Shown piece after piece: positions 1-8,341 of a stretch of DNA of 64,000 nucleotides (position 1 is its first letter; every line of letters begins with the position of its first letter). The notes beneath the pieces were generated by a model. That model had not been told where the DNA came from, did no database searches, and saw only the letters and a list, made by a program, of their open reading frames with translations. Position numbers and translations under genes: made by a program. The stretch comes from an uncultured Chloroflexia bacterium (GTDB taxonomy: Bacteria > Chloroflexota > Limnocylindria > QHBO01), in NCBI GenBank assembly GCA_963720505.1, contig CAVRFT010000006.1:451781-515780 (forward strand), written 5' to 3'.

Positions 1-521
1 ACGTGCCCCATCTCCGACGCCCGTCGCATGGCCGACGAGTAGCCATCGCGCACGCCGCCGCGCTCGTCGCGGAAGTCCAGGTGGGCATCGACCTGGACCA
101 CGGTGATCGGCCCGTGGTCGGCGTAGGCGCGCAGGAAGGGGATCGGCACCGAGTCGTCGCCGCCCAGCAGCAGCGGCACCGCCCCGGCGCCGAGCAGCTG
201 CCGCGACCACCGCCTCGGTGGCCGCCGAGTTGCCGGCGCCGTCCTCCGCCGAGCCGGGCACGTCGCCGGCGTCGGCGACGCGGTACGCCGAGCCGGGCGG
301 CAGCATCGGTCCATCCAGGTCGAAGTCGTGATGGGTCGCGAACCGGGCCAGGCGCTGCGAACGGGCGCGGATGGCGGCCGGCGCCTCGGCGCAGCCCGCC
401 GCCGGACCGGGGGCCGGGTACGGCACGCCGAACGGGACCCCGAGGACGACCGCATCGGCGTCCCCGACTGCCAGAGGCGGTCGGCGTCGACCGACGGCAG
501 GCCGAGGAAGGTGTGGCTCAT
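1..521 (-). CDS. arginase/agmatinase-family ureohydrolase, truncated by the window edge (C-terminus lies beyond position 1); two apparent frameshifts near 472 and 205
   Basis: Minus-strand translation starts at ATG 521 (MSHTFLGLPSVDAD). It continues in another frame as GDADAVVLGVPFGVPYPAPGPAAGCAEAPAAIRARSQRLARFATHHDFDLDGPML. It then returns to the first frame as QLLGAGAVPLLLGGDDSVPIPFLRAYADHGPITVVQVDAHLDFRDERGGVRDGYSSAMRRASEMGH. The VLGVPFG, GGDxS and DAHxD blocks are ureohydrolase signatures. The ORF has no stop inside the window, so it is absent from the ORF track. Confidence 0.75.
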   Translation of the reverse strand, partial: MSHTFLGLPSVDADRLWQSGTPMRSSSGSRSACRTRPPVRRRAAPRRRPPSAPVRSAWPGSRPITTSTWMDRCCRPARRTASPTPATCPARRRTAPATRRPPRRWSRQLLGAGAVPLLLGGDDSVPIPFLRAYADHGPITVVQVDAHLDFRDERGGVRDGYSSAMRRASEMGH

Positions 522-978
522 CCGCGCGGCGTGACGCGCGGCGCACGAGGCGCAGCGGCCCACCACCGTCACGTGCGACAGGTCGACCTCGAAGCCGTCG
601 GCAGCCCGGAAGGCCGTGACGATGCGCATCGGCCTCCGCCGCCCGAATCTCGGACCGAGCGCCGCAGTCGGCGCAGTACAGGTGACCGTGCTCGGCATCG
701 GGGCCGACGTGGAACTCCTCGCGCCCATCGGCTCCGTGGCCGTGACGGACCAGGCCCAGCTGCTCGAGCGCGTCGAGGGTGCGGTACACGGTGGACGGAA
801 TGGTCTGCGGGTCCCGCGCGCGGCAACGCTCGATCAGCTCGGCGCTGGTGACGTGTCCGCTGCTGGCGGCCAGCACCTCGATCACCGTGCGGCGCTGCGG
901 CGTCCAGCGCATGCCGCGCTCATGGAGTTGCTCGCGCACCCCGGACCACGGCTCGGGCAGTGATGCGGATGGGCTCAT
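518..978 (-). CDS. Fur-family metalloregulator; apparent frameshift near 632 and 3' end uncertain
   Basis: ATG at 978 gives MSPSASLPEPWSGVREQLHERGMRWTPQRRTVIEVLAASSGHVTSAELIERCRARDPQTIPSTVYRTLDALEQLGLVRHGHGADGREEFHVGPDAEHGHLYCADCGARSEI. After a 1-nt shift it reads ADAIVTAFRAADGFEVDLSHVTVVGRCASCAA. This is the winged-helix TVYRTL motif plus the CxxC...CxxC layout of Fur proteins. No in-frame stop precedes the downstream ATG at 521. Confidence 0.75.
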
Positions 979-1008
979 CGTCCGTTCAGTATACGGAAGA
1001 TATCGCTA

Positions 1009-1024
1009 CTGCAATACCTTGCAA
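1009..1024. promoter_or_regulatory. candidate operator: two TGCAA half-sites (CTGCAAtaccTTGCAA) in the fur / NiCoT divergent intergenic region
   Basis: The motif is read directly at 1009-1024, between the fur start (978, minus) and the NiCoT start (1057, plus). TTGCAA is self-palindromic. From memory it resembles the TTGCAA-type box reported for the nickel-responsive Fur homologue Nur, but the spacing may differ by 1 nt. Confidence 0.3.
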
Positions 1025-1056
1025 TAGAGCAGCCGCGGCTCGTAGACTGAGGACCA

Positions 1057-1842
1057 ATGACCGAGATCCTTGCCCTGGCCGGCTTCGGCTTCGTGCTCGG
1101 CATGCGCCACGCCACCGATGCGGATCACGTGATCGCGGTGACGACCATCCTGTCGCGCAGCCAGAAGTTCCTGCACAGCACGCTGATCGGCGGCCTGTGG
1201 GGCCTGGGCCACTCCATCACCGTGCTCGCGGTCGGGATCCTGATCATCGCCTTCAACGTGGTCATTCCCCCGCCGGTCGGGCTGGCCATGGAGTTCGCGG
1301 TGGCGATCATGCTGATCGTGCTGGGCATCCTGAACCTGACCGGCGTGCAGCGGCGCATCACCGAACGCTTCACCCCGCCGGCCCCGATGCACGGCCACGA
1401 GCACGCCCACCTGCACGCGCACACCGGCGAGGACGACGTGCACGCCCATGGCCATGCCCATCTGCACGGCCACGGCAGCGATCCCGGATTGCTGGCCACC
1501 TTCGGCTGGTACCAGCTGACGCGCCCGGTGGTGGTGGGCCTGGTGCACGGCCTCGCCGGCAGCGCGGCGGTGGCGCTGCTGGTGCTGGCCACCATCGAGG
1601 ACACCAGCTCGGCGCTCTGGTACCTCGTCATCTTCTGCGGCGGCGTGGCGGCCGGGATGGCCATCCTCACCACCCTCATCGGCCTCCCGTTCCTGGTCTC
1701 CCGCGCTCGGTCGGAGCGCATCAACCGCTGGCTGACCATTGGCTCCGGCATCCTGTCGCTGGCCTTCGGCATCTACCTCGCCTACCAGATCGGCATCGTC
1801 GACGGCCTGTTCACCGGCGACTTCCACTGGGAGCCCGCCTAG
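1057..1842 (+). CDS. NiCoT-family nickel/cobalt transporter with a His-rich loop
   Basis: 261-aa ORF. It has the GMRHATDADHVIAV signature (HxxxxDH of HoxN/NixA/NiCoT), a loop HGHEHAHLHAHTGEDDVHAHGHAHLHGHG, and multiple TM segments. It is divergent from the Fur-family gene. Confidence 0.85.
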   Translation: MTEILALAGFGFVLGMRHATDADHVIAVTTILSRSQKFLHSTLIGGLWGLGHSITVLAVGILIIAFNVVIPPPVGLAMEFAVAIMLIVLGILNLTGVQRRITERFTPPAPMHGHEHAHLHAHTGEDDVHAHGHAHLHGHGSDPGLLATFGWYQLTRPVVVGLVHGLAGSAAVALLVLATIEDTSSALWYLVIFCGGVAAGMAILTTLIGLPFLVSRARSERINRWLTIGSGILSLAFGIYLAYQIGIVDGLFTGDFHWEPA

Positions 1843-1953
1843 GGACCGATGGCCTGGCCGGCCACCTTGCCCCGCTGCGTACACTGCGGATGAGCCCGCG
1901 CTGTCCGGTCCCAGGCGACCCGCGACCCCGCAGCGCAGACGGAGGCTGACCCG

Positions 1954-2388
1954 ATGCAGATCTGGCGCTACCTGTTCGCCGCCTCGGCCGTCCTGTTCGT
2001 GGTCGGCATCGTCGTGCAGATCTTCCTCGCCGGCCTCGGTCTGCCCGGCCTCGGGGGCGGCGGGATGCAGACCCACATCGACTTCGGCTACACGCTGTCG
2101 CTGGCGCCGATCGTGCCGCTGATCCTGTCGTGGCCGGCCCGTGCCGGACGCCGGACGATCGTGATGTGCGCCGTGCTGCTCGTCATCACCTTCGTGCAGA
2201 CGCTGCTGCCATCCGCCGCGGCCGGCCGGGGCGACATCCCCTGGATCGCCGCGCTGCACCCGGTCAACGCGTTCATCGTGCTGGGCCTGGGGATCGCGGT
2301 GACGCGCCGCGCGATCGCGCTGGCCCGCGTCGAAGAGGCTCCGGCCGCGCCGGCAGACGAGCCGGTCGCCGCCACGCCACAGCCCTGA
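1954..2388 (+). CDS. hypothetical integral membrane protein (about 4 TM)
   Basis: 144-aa ORF preceded by GGAGG. It has hydrophobic segments (FAASAVLFVVGIVVQIFLAGLGL, VMCAVLLVITFVQTLL, AFIVLGLGIAV) and normal codon bias. Confidence 0.6.
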   Translation: MQIWRYLFAASAVLFVVGIVVQIFLAGLGLPGLGGGGMQTHIDFGYTLSLAPIVPLILSWPARAGRRTIVMCAVLLVITFVQTLLPSAAAGRGDIPWIAALHPVNAFIVLGLGIAVTRRAIALARVEEAPAAPADEPVAATPQP

Positions 2389-2400
2389 GAGGAGGCCCGC

Positions 2401-2897
2401 ATGGACTGGTATCCCTGGATCGTCCTGCTGCACGTGCTGGGGGCCTTCGGCTTCGTCCTCGCCCACGGTGCGTCGGCGTTCGCCGCCATCCGGATCCGCA
2501 GCGAGCGTGACCCGGCGCGGGTGGCCGCCCTGCTCGACATGTCGGCCACGAGCCTCGGCCTGATGTACGTCTCGCTGCTGATCCTGCTGATCGGCGGCAT
2601 CGCCGCCGGGTTCATCGGCGGCTGGTGGGGGGAGCTCTGGATCTGGCTGGCGATCGGCGTGCTGGTGCTGGTGATCGGCGCCATGTACCCCCTGGGCTCG
2701 ATGCACTACGCCAACGTCCGCCGCGCGGTGGGCCTCAAGGCCTACAACGATCCGAAGGACGCGCCGCCGTCCGACGCCCTGCCGCCGGCCGAGCTGGAGA
2801 AGCTGCTCAGTCCTCGAACCGCCCGTTCGCGCTGGCGGCCATCGGCGGCATCGGCCTCGTCGTCATCATCTGGCTGATGGTGGTGAAGCCCTTCTAG
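2401..2897 (+). CDS. hypothetical integral membrane protein; apparent frameshift near 2815
   Basis: ORF 2401..2877 (MDWYPWIVLLHVLGAFGFVLAHG...) loses protein-like character after EKLLS. The overlapping frame (tail of 2625..2897) continues as SSNRPFALAAIGGIGLVVIIWLMVVKPF, a final TM helix. Confidence 0.6.
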
Positions 2898-2971
2898 GTT
2901 CATCCGAGCATGGCCGATGCGCCGGGGCCGCAGGGCCACCGGCGCATCGCATCGGTCCTCGGAGGGATCGG

Positions 2972-3803
2972 TCAGGCAGGCGCCTCGGCCGTCTCCGGCA
3001 TCTCGATCCGCAGCTTCTCGCCGGTCTCGACCAGGGTCTTCAGGCCGGAGAGGATGATCGCCCAGCCGTCCTTGACCGAGTTGTAGGTCGCGGTCTCGCT
3101 GGCGAAGCCGCCGTGGGTCACCGATAGCAGGCAGGTCTCGCTGCCCATTGGCGTGATCTCCCAGGTGACGGTGCAGGGCGGATCGTCGTTCGCCTCCCAG
3201 CGGCTGGTGAAGGAGTGGACCAGCTTGCGCGGCGGGTCGGCCTCCAGGACCTCGCCGTCGATGTCCACGCTGCCGTCCGGCTGCTTGTACTGGATCGGCG
3301 AACCCACCCGCATGTCCGACTCGACCATCGAGCCGAAGTAGTAGATCTGCGTCATGGCCGGGTCCGTGATCGCCTGCCAGAGGCGCTCCGGGGTGGCCCG
3401 AATGTAGACCTGGAATACGTGTTGCGGTGCACCCATGTGCGTGCTGTCCTCCTTGTCGCGCGCCTCCAGGGCGCTCTTCAGGTCGACCATCGCCGCGGTC
3501 CACGGCTGGGCATAGCGGCTGATCCAGCGATCCGCGATGAGCTGGATCGGAACGGGATTGAGGAAGTGCAGCTTGCGACGCCCATCGCGGCGGGTCGTCA
3601 CGAGGCTGGCCGCCTCCAGGATGCGGAGGTGCTTCATGACGCCGAAGCGGGTCATCCCCGGCAGCCGCTCCTCGAGCTCGCTCAGCGCCTGGCCATCGCG
3701 CTCGCGCAAGTGCATCGAGGAGGGTCCGTCGGTTCGGGTCCGCCAGGGCCCTGAAGACGTCCTCCAGCTCCACGCCGGCGATCTTAGGTGACCGTATGGT
3801 CAC
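2972..3803 (-). CDS. ArsR-family HTH regulator fused to an SRPBCC/AHSA1-like domain; apparent frameshift near 3720
   Basis: The N-terminus in frame of ORF 2742..3803 reads MTIRSPKIAGVELEDVFRALADPNRRTLLDAL. ORF 2972..3715 continues RERDGQALSELEERLPGMTRFGVMKHLRILEAASLVTTRRDGRRKLHFLNP (ArsR wHTH). An SRPBCC-like C-terminal half follows (VFQVYIRATPERLWQAITDP...). Confidence 0.8.
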
Positions 3804-3978
3804 ATGTCAACTCGTGTTTCGGGCGTGGCAACGAACGGACAAGAACAGCTCCGAACCCGCTCAATCACGCCGGTTTCGGGCGTGTGATTGGCCAGAAGTC
3901 GCTCGCTGGGACGATTTCTGAGCATCGTCCGAGACCTGGGTATCCGTTAGTTGCTGCCACAGAAACCGCCGCTGCTGG

Positions 3979-5236
3979 TCAGCTGGCTCCCGTCAATTGC
4001 GACGGGTCGAGGAGGTACGTCGTCATCAGGCCCTTGCCCTTGACCTCCACGCCCTCGCGGACCTGCCAGGGGTATCGGTCCCTGACCCGCAGCCAGGTCG
4101 CCTCGGTGACCTGGATGCAGCCGGGTAGGCCACTCGATTCCATGCGCGAAGCGGTGTTCACCGTGTCGCCCCACAGGTCATAGCTGAACTTGCGGCGGCC
4201 GATCACCCCGGCCACCACGGGCCCGGTGGCCATGCCGGTGCGAATCCGGAGCCGATTGCCGTCCATCGGCGGCTGTTCATCCGCGGCACGGTGCATGGCG
4301 ATCGCCATCTCCAGCATCGCCTCGGCATGGTCGCTGCGCGACTTCGGCACCCCGGCCACCACCATGTAGGCGTCGCCGATGGTCTTGATCTTCTCCAGGT
4401 CGTAGCGCTCGGCCAGCGCATCGAAGGCAGAGAACAGGTTGTCCAGCACCTCCACCACGCGCTCTGCCTCCACTCGCTCGGAGAACGGCGTGAAGTCGAC
4501 CACGTCGCTGAACAGGACCGTCACCTCCGGGCAGTGGTCGGCGATGACCTGCTCCCCGCCCTGCAGCCGATCGACGATCGCCTCCGGGAGGACGTTCAGG
4601 AGCAGCGCCTGGGATTGGCCCTTGGCGCGCACACGTTCGCCGTCGATGAAGACCACCAGCGCAAGCGCGATCCCGCAGGTCAGGATCAGGTTGACGGCGT
4701 ACAGGCCCAGCCCCATCCCCGCCGGCACCGGCGAGGCGAATTCACGCCACAGCGGGATCGGTGAGCGCCGCCCAGACGACCAGCGCGACGAAAGCGATGA
4801 AGGTGGGGATGGCGGCTCGACGTCCCAGCAGCAGCACGGCGCCAATGGGCGTGACGATGGCGAAGACGATGTTGCCGTTCGACTCCTGGATCCCACCGAG
4901 CGTCACCACGCCCGAGGCAATGGTGGTCATGCCGACGACGATGATCGCGACCACCACCCCCCGCAGGTGGCCGGTGCGGTGGAAGGCCGCCAGGATGATC
5001 AGCTGGGCGACGATCTGGCCGATGCTGAACGCGAGCACCACACGGGCGGTCGGCGGCGATGGCCAGGACGGCGTAGAAGAGGCCCGCCACGACCAGGGCG
5101 AAGAGCACGGCCACCGCGGTCCGCTTGCGGACGCGCAGGTCCGGGTCGTCGCCGGGACGCTGCCCGATGTTCAGCAGCGCCCCACAGCGTGGCCACGCGC
5201 CGCCGGTCGCGGCGCGGGGGTGGCGATCTCGCTCAT
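3979..5236 (-). CDS. membrane-anchored class III adenylate/guanylate cyclase (paralogue 1); about three apparent frameshifts in the TM region
   Basis: The catalytic domain in ORF 3979..4896 reads VTVLFSDVVDFTPFSE...KIKTIGDAYMVVAG...YDLWGDTVNTASRMESSG. The TM part is in ORF 4742..5041. The N-terminus MSEIATP (ATG 5236) then GQRPGDDPDLRVRKRTAVAVLFAL parallels the paralogue at 17785..19110 (GDKPEDDEDLRVRKHALAITVLGL). Confidence 0.8.
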
Positions 5237-6485
5237 GCGCCCTGCAGGGTAGTGGCCGCAGCCTCCTCCGGGAGTCGGTCGCGACCGGAACAGGACGTAG
5301 AGCGAGACGTCGTAGGTCATCTTCAGCACGCCCGCCGGCGATCAACGGCGCACCGATGCCGATCGGGATCAGGAACGCCGCCGCCAGCGCGGGACCCAGC
5401 ATCTGGCCGGTGCTGCGCGCGAGCGACGTCACGCCGGCGGTGGCGGTGCGTTCGGCCGGATCGACCACGGCCATGGTGTAGGACTGGCGCGCCGGCACGT
5501 CCATGGACGACAGGGCGGCGCGCGCCAGGATCAGGACCACTGCCACCGGCAGGGTCGGCGCCAGCGCCGTGCCGATCAGGAACAGGTTGGCCGGGATGTG
5601 GGTGAAGACCATGGTCCGGATCAACCCGATGCGCCGCGACAGCCAGGCCGCCACCGGGAATGACAGCGCGGCCAGCAGGTTGCAGATGGCGAAGAGCACG
5701 CCGACGGCGGCCGGATCGGCGCCGAAGCGCTCGGCGAACCAGAACGCCAGGTAGCTCTGCACCACGAACCCGCCGGCCAGCGCGTCCAGGCTGAAGAGGG
5801 CGGACAGCATGGCCACCGTGCGACGTGAGCGCCGGATGGCAAAGCCCGGAGTGAGCGGCTCGCCGGACTCGACCCGCGCGTCCAGGCCCAGGGTCAGGAT
5901 GGTGCTGGCCAGCCCGGCCAGCGCATAGGCCACGAAGGCGGGCGCGTAGGCCGATGCGCCCTCGAGACCCAGGGCGTGGCCGAGCGAGACCATCGGTCCA
6001 ACGCTGAGGGCGCCCACCGCCGAGGCGGCCGCGGCCACCAGGTTGTAGAAGGCGAAGGCGGACGTGCGCTGCTGTGGGCTGACGGTCTGCGGCAGCGCGG
6101 CCTGGTCGACGCTCTGCAGCCCGGTCGACTCGCTGCTGGTCACCGCCACCATGCCCGACAGGCCGATGAGCGCCAGCAGCACGGGGTTGGCGCCGACCAG
6201 CGGGATGATGGCCGACAGCAGCATCAGCGCCGAGCCGATCACCAGCAGCCGACGCCGGCCGATGCGGTCGCCCCAGATGCCGATGACCGCCGTCAGCGCC
6301 AGGGTGCCGGCCAGCGCGGCGGCCAGGATGAAGCCGATGGTCTCCGCCGGCAGCTGCAGGGCGGCCAGATAGAGGCCCAGGGCCACGGCGTTCAGGCCGA
6401 AGGCGTAGCCGCGGAACGTCTTGGCGGCCATCAGCCGCCACCCATTGCGATCCAGCTCCGGGAGGTGCCGCTTCATCATGCGCAC
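5233..6485 (-). CDS. MFS transporter; two apparent frameshifts near the 3' end (about 5335 and 5270)
   Basis: The first ~380 aa of ORF 4686..6485 form a 12-TM-like MFS (GDRIGRRRLLVIG motif between TM2 and TM3). After GAPLIAGG the coding frame moves to VLKMTYDVSLYVLFRSRPTP, then EEAAATTLQGA-stop. That stop overlaps ATG 5236 of the cyclase as ATGA. Confidence 0.8.
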
Positions 6486-6646
6486 GCTACTCCCATGGTG
6501 AGTACATCAACGCGTGAGGCACAGCGCGGGTAACGCGTCACTCAGCACATGAGTATGGCGACGCCGGAAGAGCTCGCGACGCGCGCTCGCGTGCCGTTGT
6601 ACTCCACGTACGGGTGATCAGGGTGTCGCGACGCTATCCGGGGACG

Positions 6647-7123
6647 TCAGACGTAGCGGACCTGGTCGGCCTCCGCGCTCTCGACGGGGCGGGCGCAGGT
6701 CGGGCAGTACCAGCGCGCCTCCATGGGCGTGCCACACGCCGCGTGGCGCAGCGGCTCGGCGTCGTGCGCCACCCGCGAGCCCCAGTCCGCCAGCAGGCGC
6801 AGCGCACCGGCGAGCTCGGAGCCCTCAGGGGTGAGCTCGTAGACGAAGCGCGGCGGGCGCTCGGAGTACGGCGTGGAGCGGATCACGCGCTCGGACTCGA
6901 GGCGGCGCAACCGGTCGGCCAGGATGTTCGGCGCGATGCCCGGCACGGCCTCGGACAGCTCACCGAAGCGGCGTGGGCCGGGCAGGAGCGCCTCGACCAG
7001 CAGCAGGCTCCATCGGTCCCCCACCCGCTCGAGCGCGGCGGCCAGGGGCGAGGAGGGGGCGGCCATGCGCGGATCGTACGGCATCGGCCTTGACATCCGG
7101 CTCACGAGTAGTAACTTGCGCAT
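6647..7123 (-). CDS. HxlR-family winged-helix transcriptional regulator
   Basis: 158-aa ORF containing ALERVGDRWSLLLVEALLPGPRRFGELSEAVPGIAPNILADRLRRLESERVIRSTPYSERPPRFVYELTPEG, the typical HxlR core. It has a Cys-containing C-terminal extension. The true start may be an internal Met. Confidence 0.8.
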   Translation of the reverse strand: MRKLLLVSRMSRPMPYDPRMAAPSSPLAAALERVGDRWSLLLVEALLPGPRRFGELSEAVPGIAPNILADRLRRLESERVIRSTPYSERPPRFVYELTPEGSELAGALRLLADWGSRVAHDAEPLRHAACGTPMEARWYCPTCARPVESAEADQVRYV

Positions 7124-7130
7124 TGCAAGT
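7114..7130. promoter_or_regulatory. inverted repeat ACTTGCgcattGCAAGT at the hxlR-like start / HtrA-like promoter region
   Basis: 6-bp arms with a 5-nt spacer, read directly. It sits in the divergent region between 7123 (minus start) and 7173 (plus start). Confidence 0.25.
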
Positions 7131-7172
7131 CACACACTACCACTGAGCACAAGCGCAGGGCGCACGAACGAG

Positions 7173-8072
7173 ATGGAGGATGGACCGATGGGTCCGATCG
7201 AGGATCTGGGCAAGGCAATCAACGGGATCGCGGAGGGTGCCGGCCGTTCGACGGTGGGCATTGGCAACCGCTGGCGCGGCGGCTCCGGCGTCGTGGTGGA
7301 GGCGGGCAAGGTGCTGACCAACGCCCACAACCTGCACGGCGAGGAGATTCGCGTCTTCTTTGCGGATGGCCGCGAGGCGGACGGCAAGGTGCTGGGCGCC
7401 GATGGCGACGGCGACCTGGCCGTGATCGGCGTCGACACCGGCGAGGCGCCGGCCATCGACTGGGGCGACGGGACCGCGCTGGCCATCGGCGCACCGGTGG
7501 TCGCAATCGGCAACCCGGCGGGGCAGGGCGTGCGCGTCACGCTGGGCTTCGTCTCCGGGCTGGGCCGCGTCTTCCGCGGGCCGCGCGGGCGTCGCGTGGT
7601 GGGCGCGGTGGAGCACACCGCTCCCCTGCTGCCCGGCTCGTCCGGCGGGCCGATCGTGGACGGTGGCGGCAAGCTGCTGGGCATCAACACCAACCGGCTG
7701 GGCAGTGGCTTCTACCAGGCCATCGCCGCCGATTCGGGACTGAAGGACCGGGTCACGGCCCTGGGCCGCGGCGAGGCACCGACCCGCCGGCGGCTGGGCG
7801 TCGGGCTGGCGCCGGCCCACGTGGCGCGGCAGCTGCGACGCGCGGTGGGACTGGACGAGCGCGACGGGCTGCTGGTGCGCGAGGTCGAGGACGACTCGCC
7901 GGCCGCCAAGGCCGGCGTCGCCGAGGGCGACCTGATCGTGGCCGCGGCCGGCAAGCCGGTGACCAGCGCTGACGATCTGTTCGATGCCATCGGCTCCGTC
8001 GGCGCCAAGGACACGCTCGAGCTGACCCTGCTGCGCGGGACGGAGGAGCGGACCGTTACCATTCCGGCGTGA
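7173..8072 (+). CDS. HtrA/DegP-like S1C serine protease with a C-terminal PDZ domain
   Basis: The internal ATG at 7173 of ORF 6873..8072 is chosen because the upstream part overlaps hxlR antisense. Protease blocks are VLTNAHNL, DGDLAVIGV and LLPGSSGGPIVD. The PDZ-like part is GLLVREVEDDSPAAKAGVAEGDLIVAAAGKPV. Confidence 0.85.
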   Translation: MEDGPMGPIEDLGKAINGIAEGAGRSTVGIGNRWRGGSGVVVEAGKVLTNAHNLHGEEIRVFFADGREADGKVLGADGDGDLAVIGVDTGEAPAIDWGDGTALAIGAPVVAIGNPAGQGVRVTLGFVSGLGRVFRGPRGRRVVGAVEHTAPLLPGSSGGPIVDGGGKLLGINTNRLGSGFYQAIAADSGLKDRVTALGRGEAPTRRRLGVGLAPAHVARQLRRAVGLDERDGLLVREVEDDSPAAKAGVAEGDLIVAAAGKPVTSADDLFDAIGSVGAKDTLELTLLRGTEERTVTIPA

Positions 8073-8341
8073 GCGTCTGGGACGACCCCGTCTGCACCCA
8101 CCAGGACTCCCTGCCCGCCGAGGTCACGCCGAGCGGCGAAGGCTGCAAGGAGTGCCTCGAGCTGGGCATGGAGTGGCTGCACCTGAGGATCTGCCTCAGC
8201 TGCGGCCACGTGGGTTGCTGCGACCAGTCACCGGGCCGGCACACCACCAAGCACTTCCAGGAATCCGGGCACCCGGTGGTCCAGTCCTTCGAGCCCGATG
8301 AGGACTGGCGCTGGTGCTACGTGGACGAGGTGTACCTGTAG
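8069..8341 (+). CDS. stand-alone UBP-type zinc-finger (zf-UBP) protein
   Basis: 90-aa ORF. It reads CKECLELGMEWLHLRICLSCGHVGCCDQSPGRHTTKHFQESGHPV, a Cys/His pattern typical of zf-UBP. The start overlaps the HtrA-like stop by 4 nt. Confidence 0.75.
   Translation: MSVWDDPVCTHQDSLPAEVTPSGEGCKECLELGMEWLHLRICLSCGHVGCCDQSPGRHTTKHFQESGHPVVQSFEPDEDWRWCYVDEVYL

Noticed and set aside
518-978. Genuine Fur-ureohydrolase fusion protein
   Set aside because: The lack of a stop between the Fur C-terminus (…GRCASCAARHAAR) and MSHTFLGLP is seen in a region that already needs three frame corrections. A masked TGA (GGATGAGCC at 518-520 in another frame) is the simpler explanation.
1380-1470. Apparent short tandem repeat (CAC/CAT/GCC units)
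   Set aside because: It encodes the His-rich metal-binding loop HGHEHAHLHAHTGEDDVHAHGHAHLHGHG of the NiCoT transporter. It is not an independent repeat element.
1006-2706. 566-aa minus-strand ORF spanning the NiCoT gene and two membrane-protein genes
   Set aside because: Its composition is dominated by Arg/Gly/Asp/His/Pro with no motif. It is antisense to three plus-strand genes that have clear family signatures, so it is a typical GC-rich shadow ORF.
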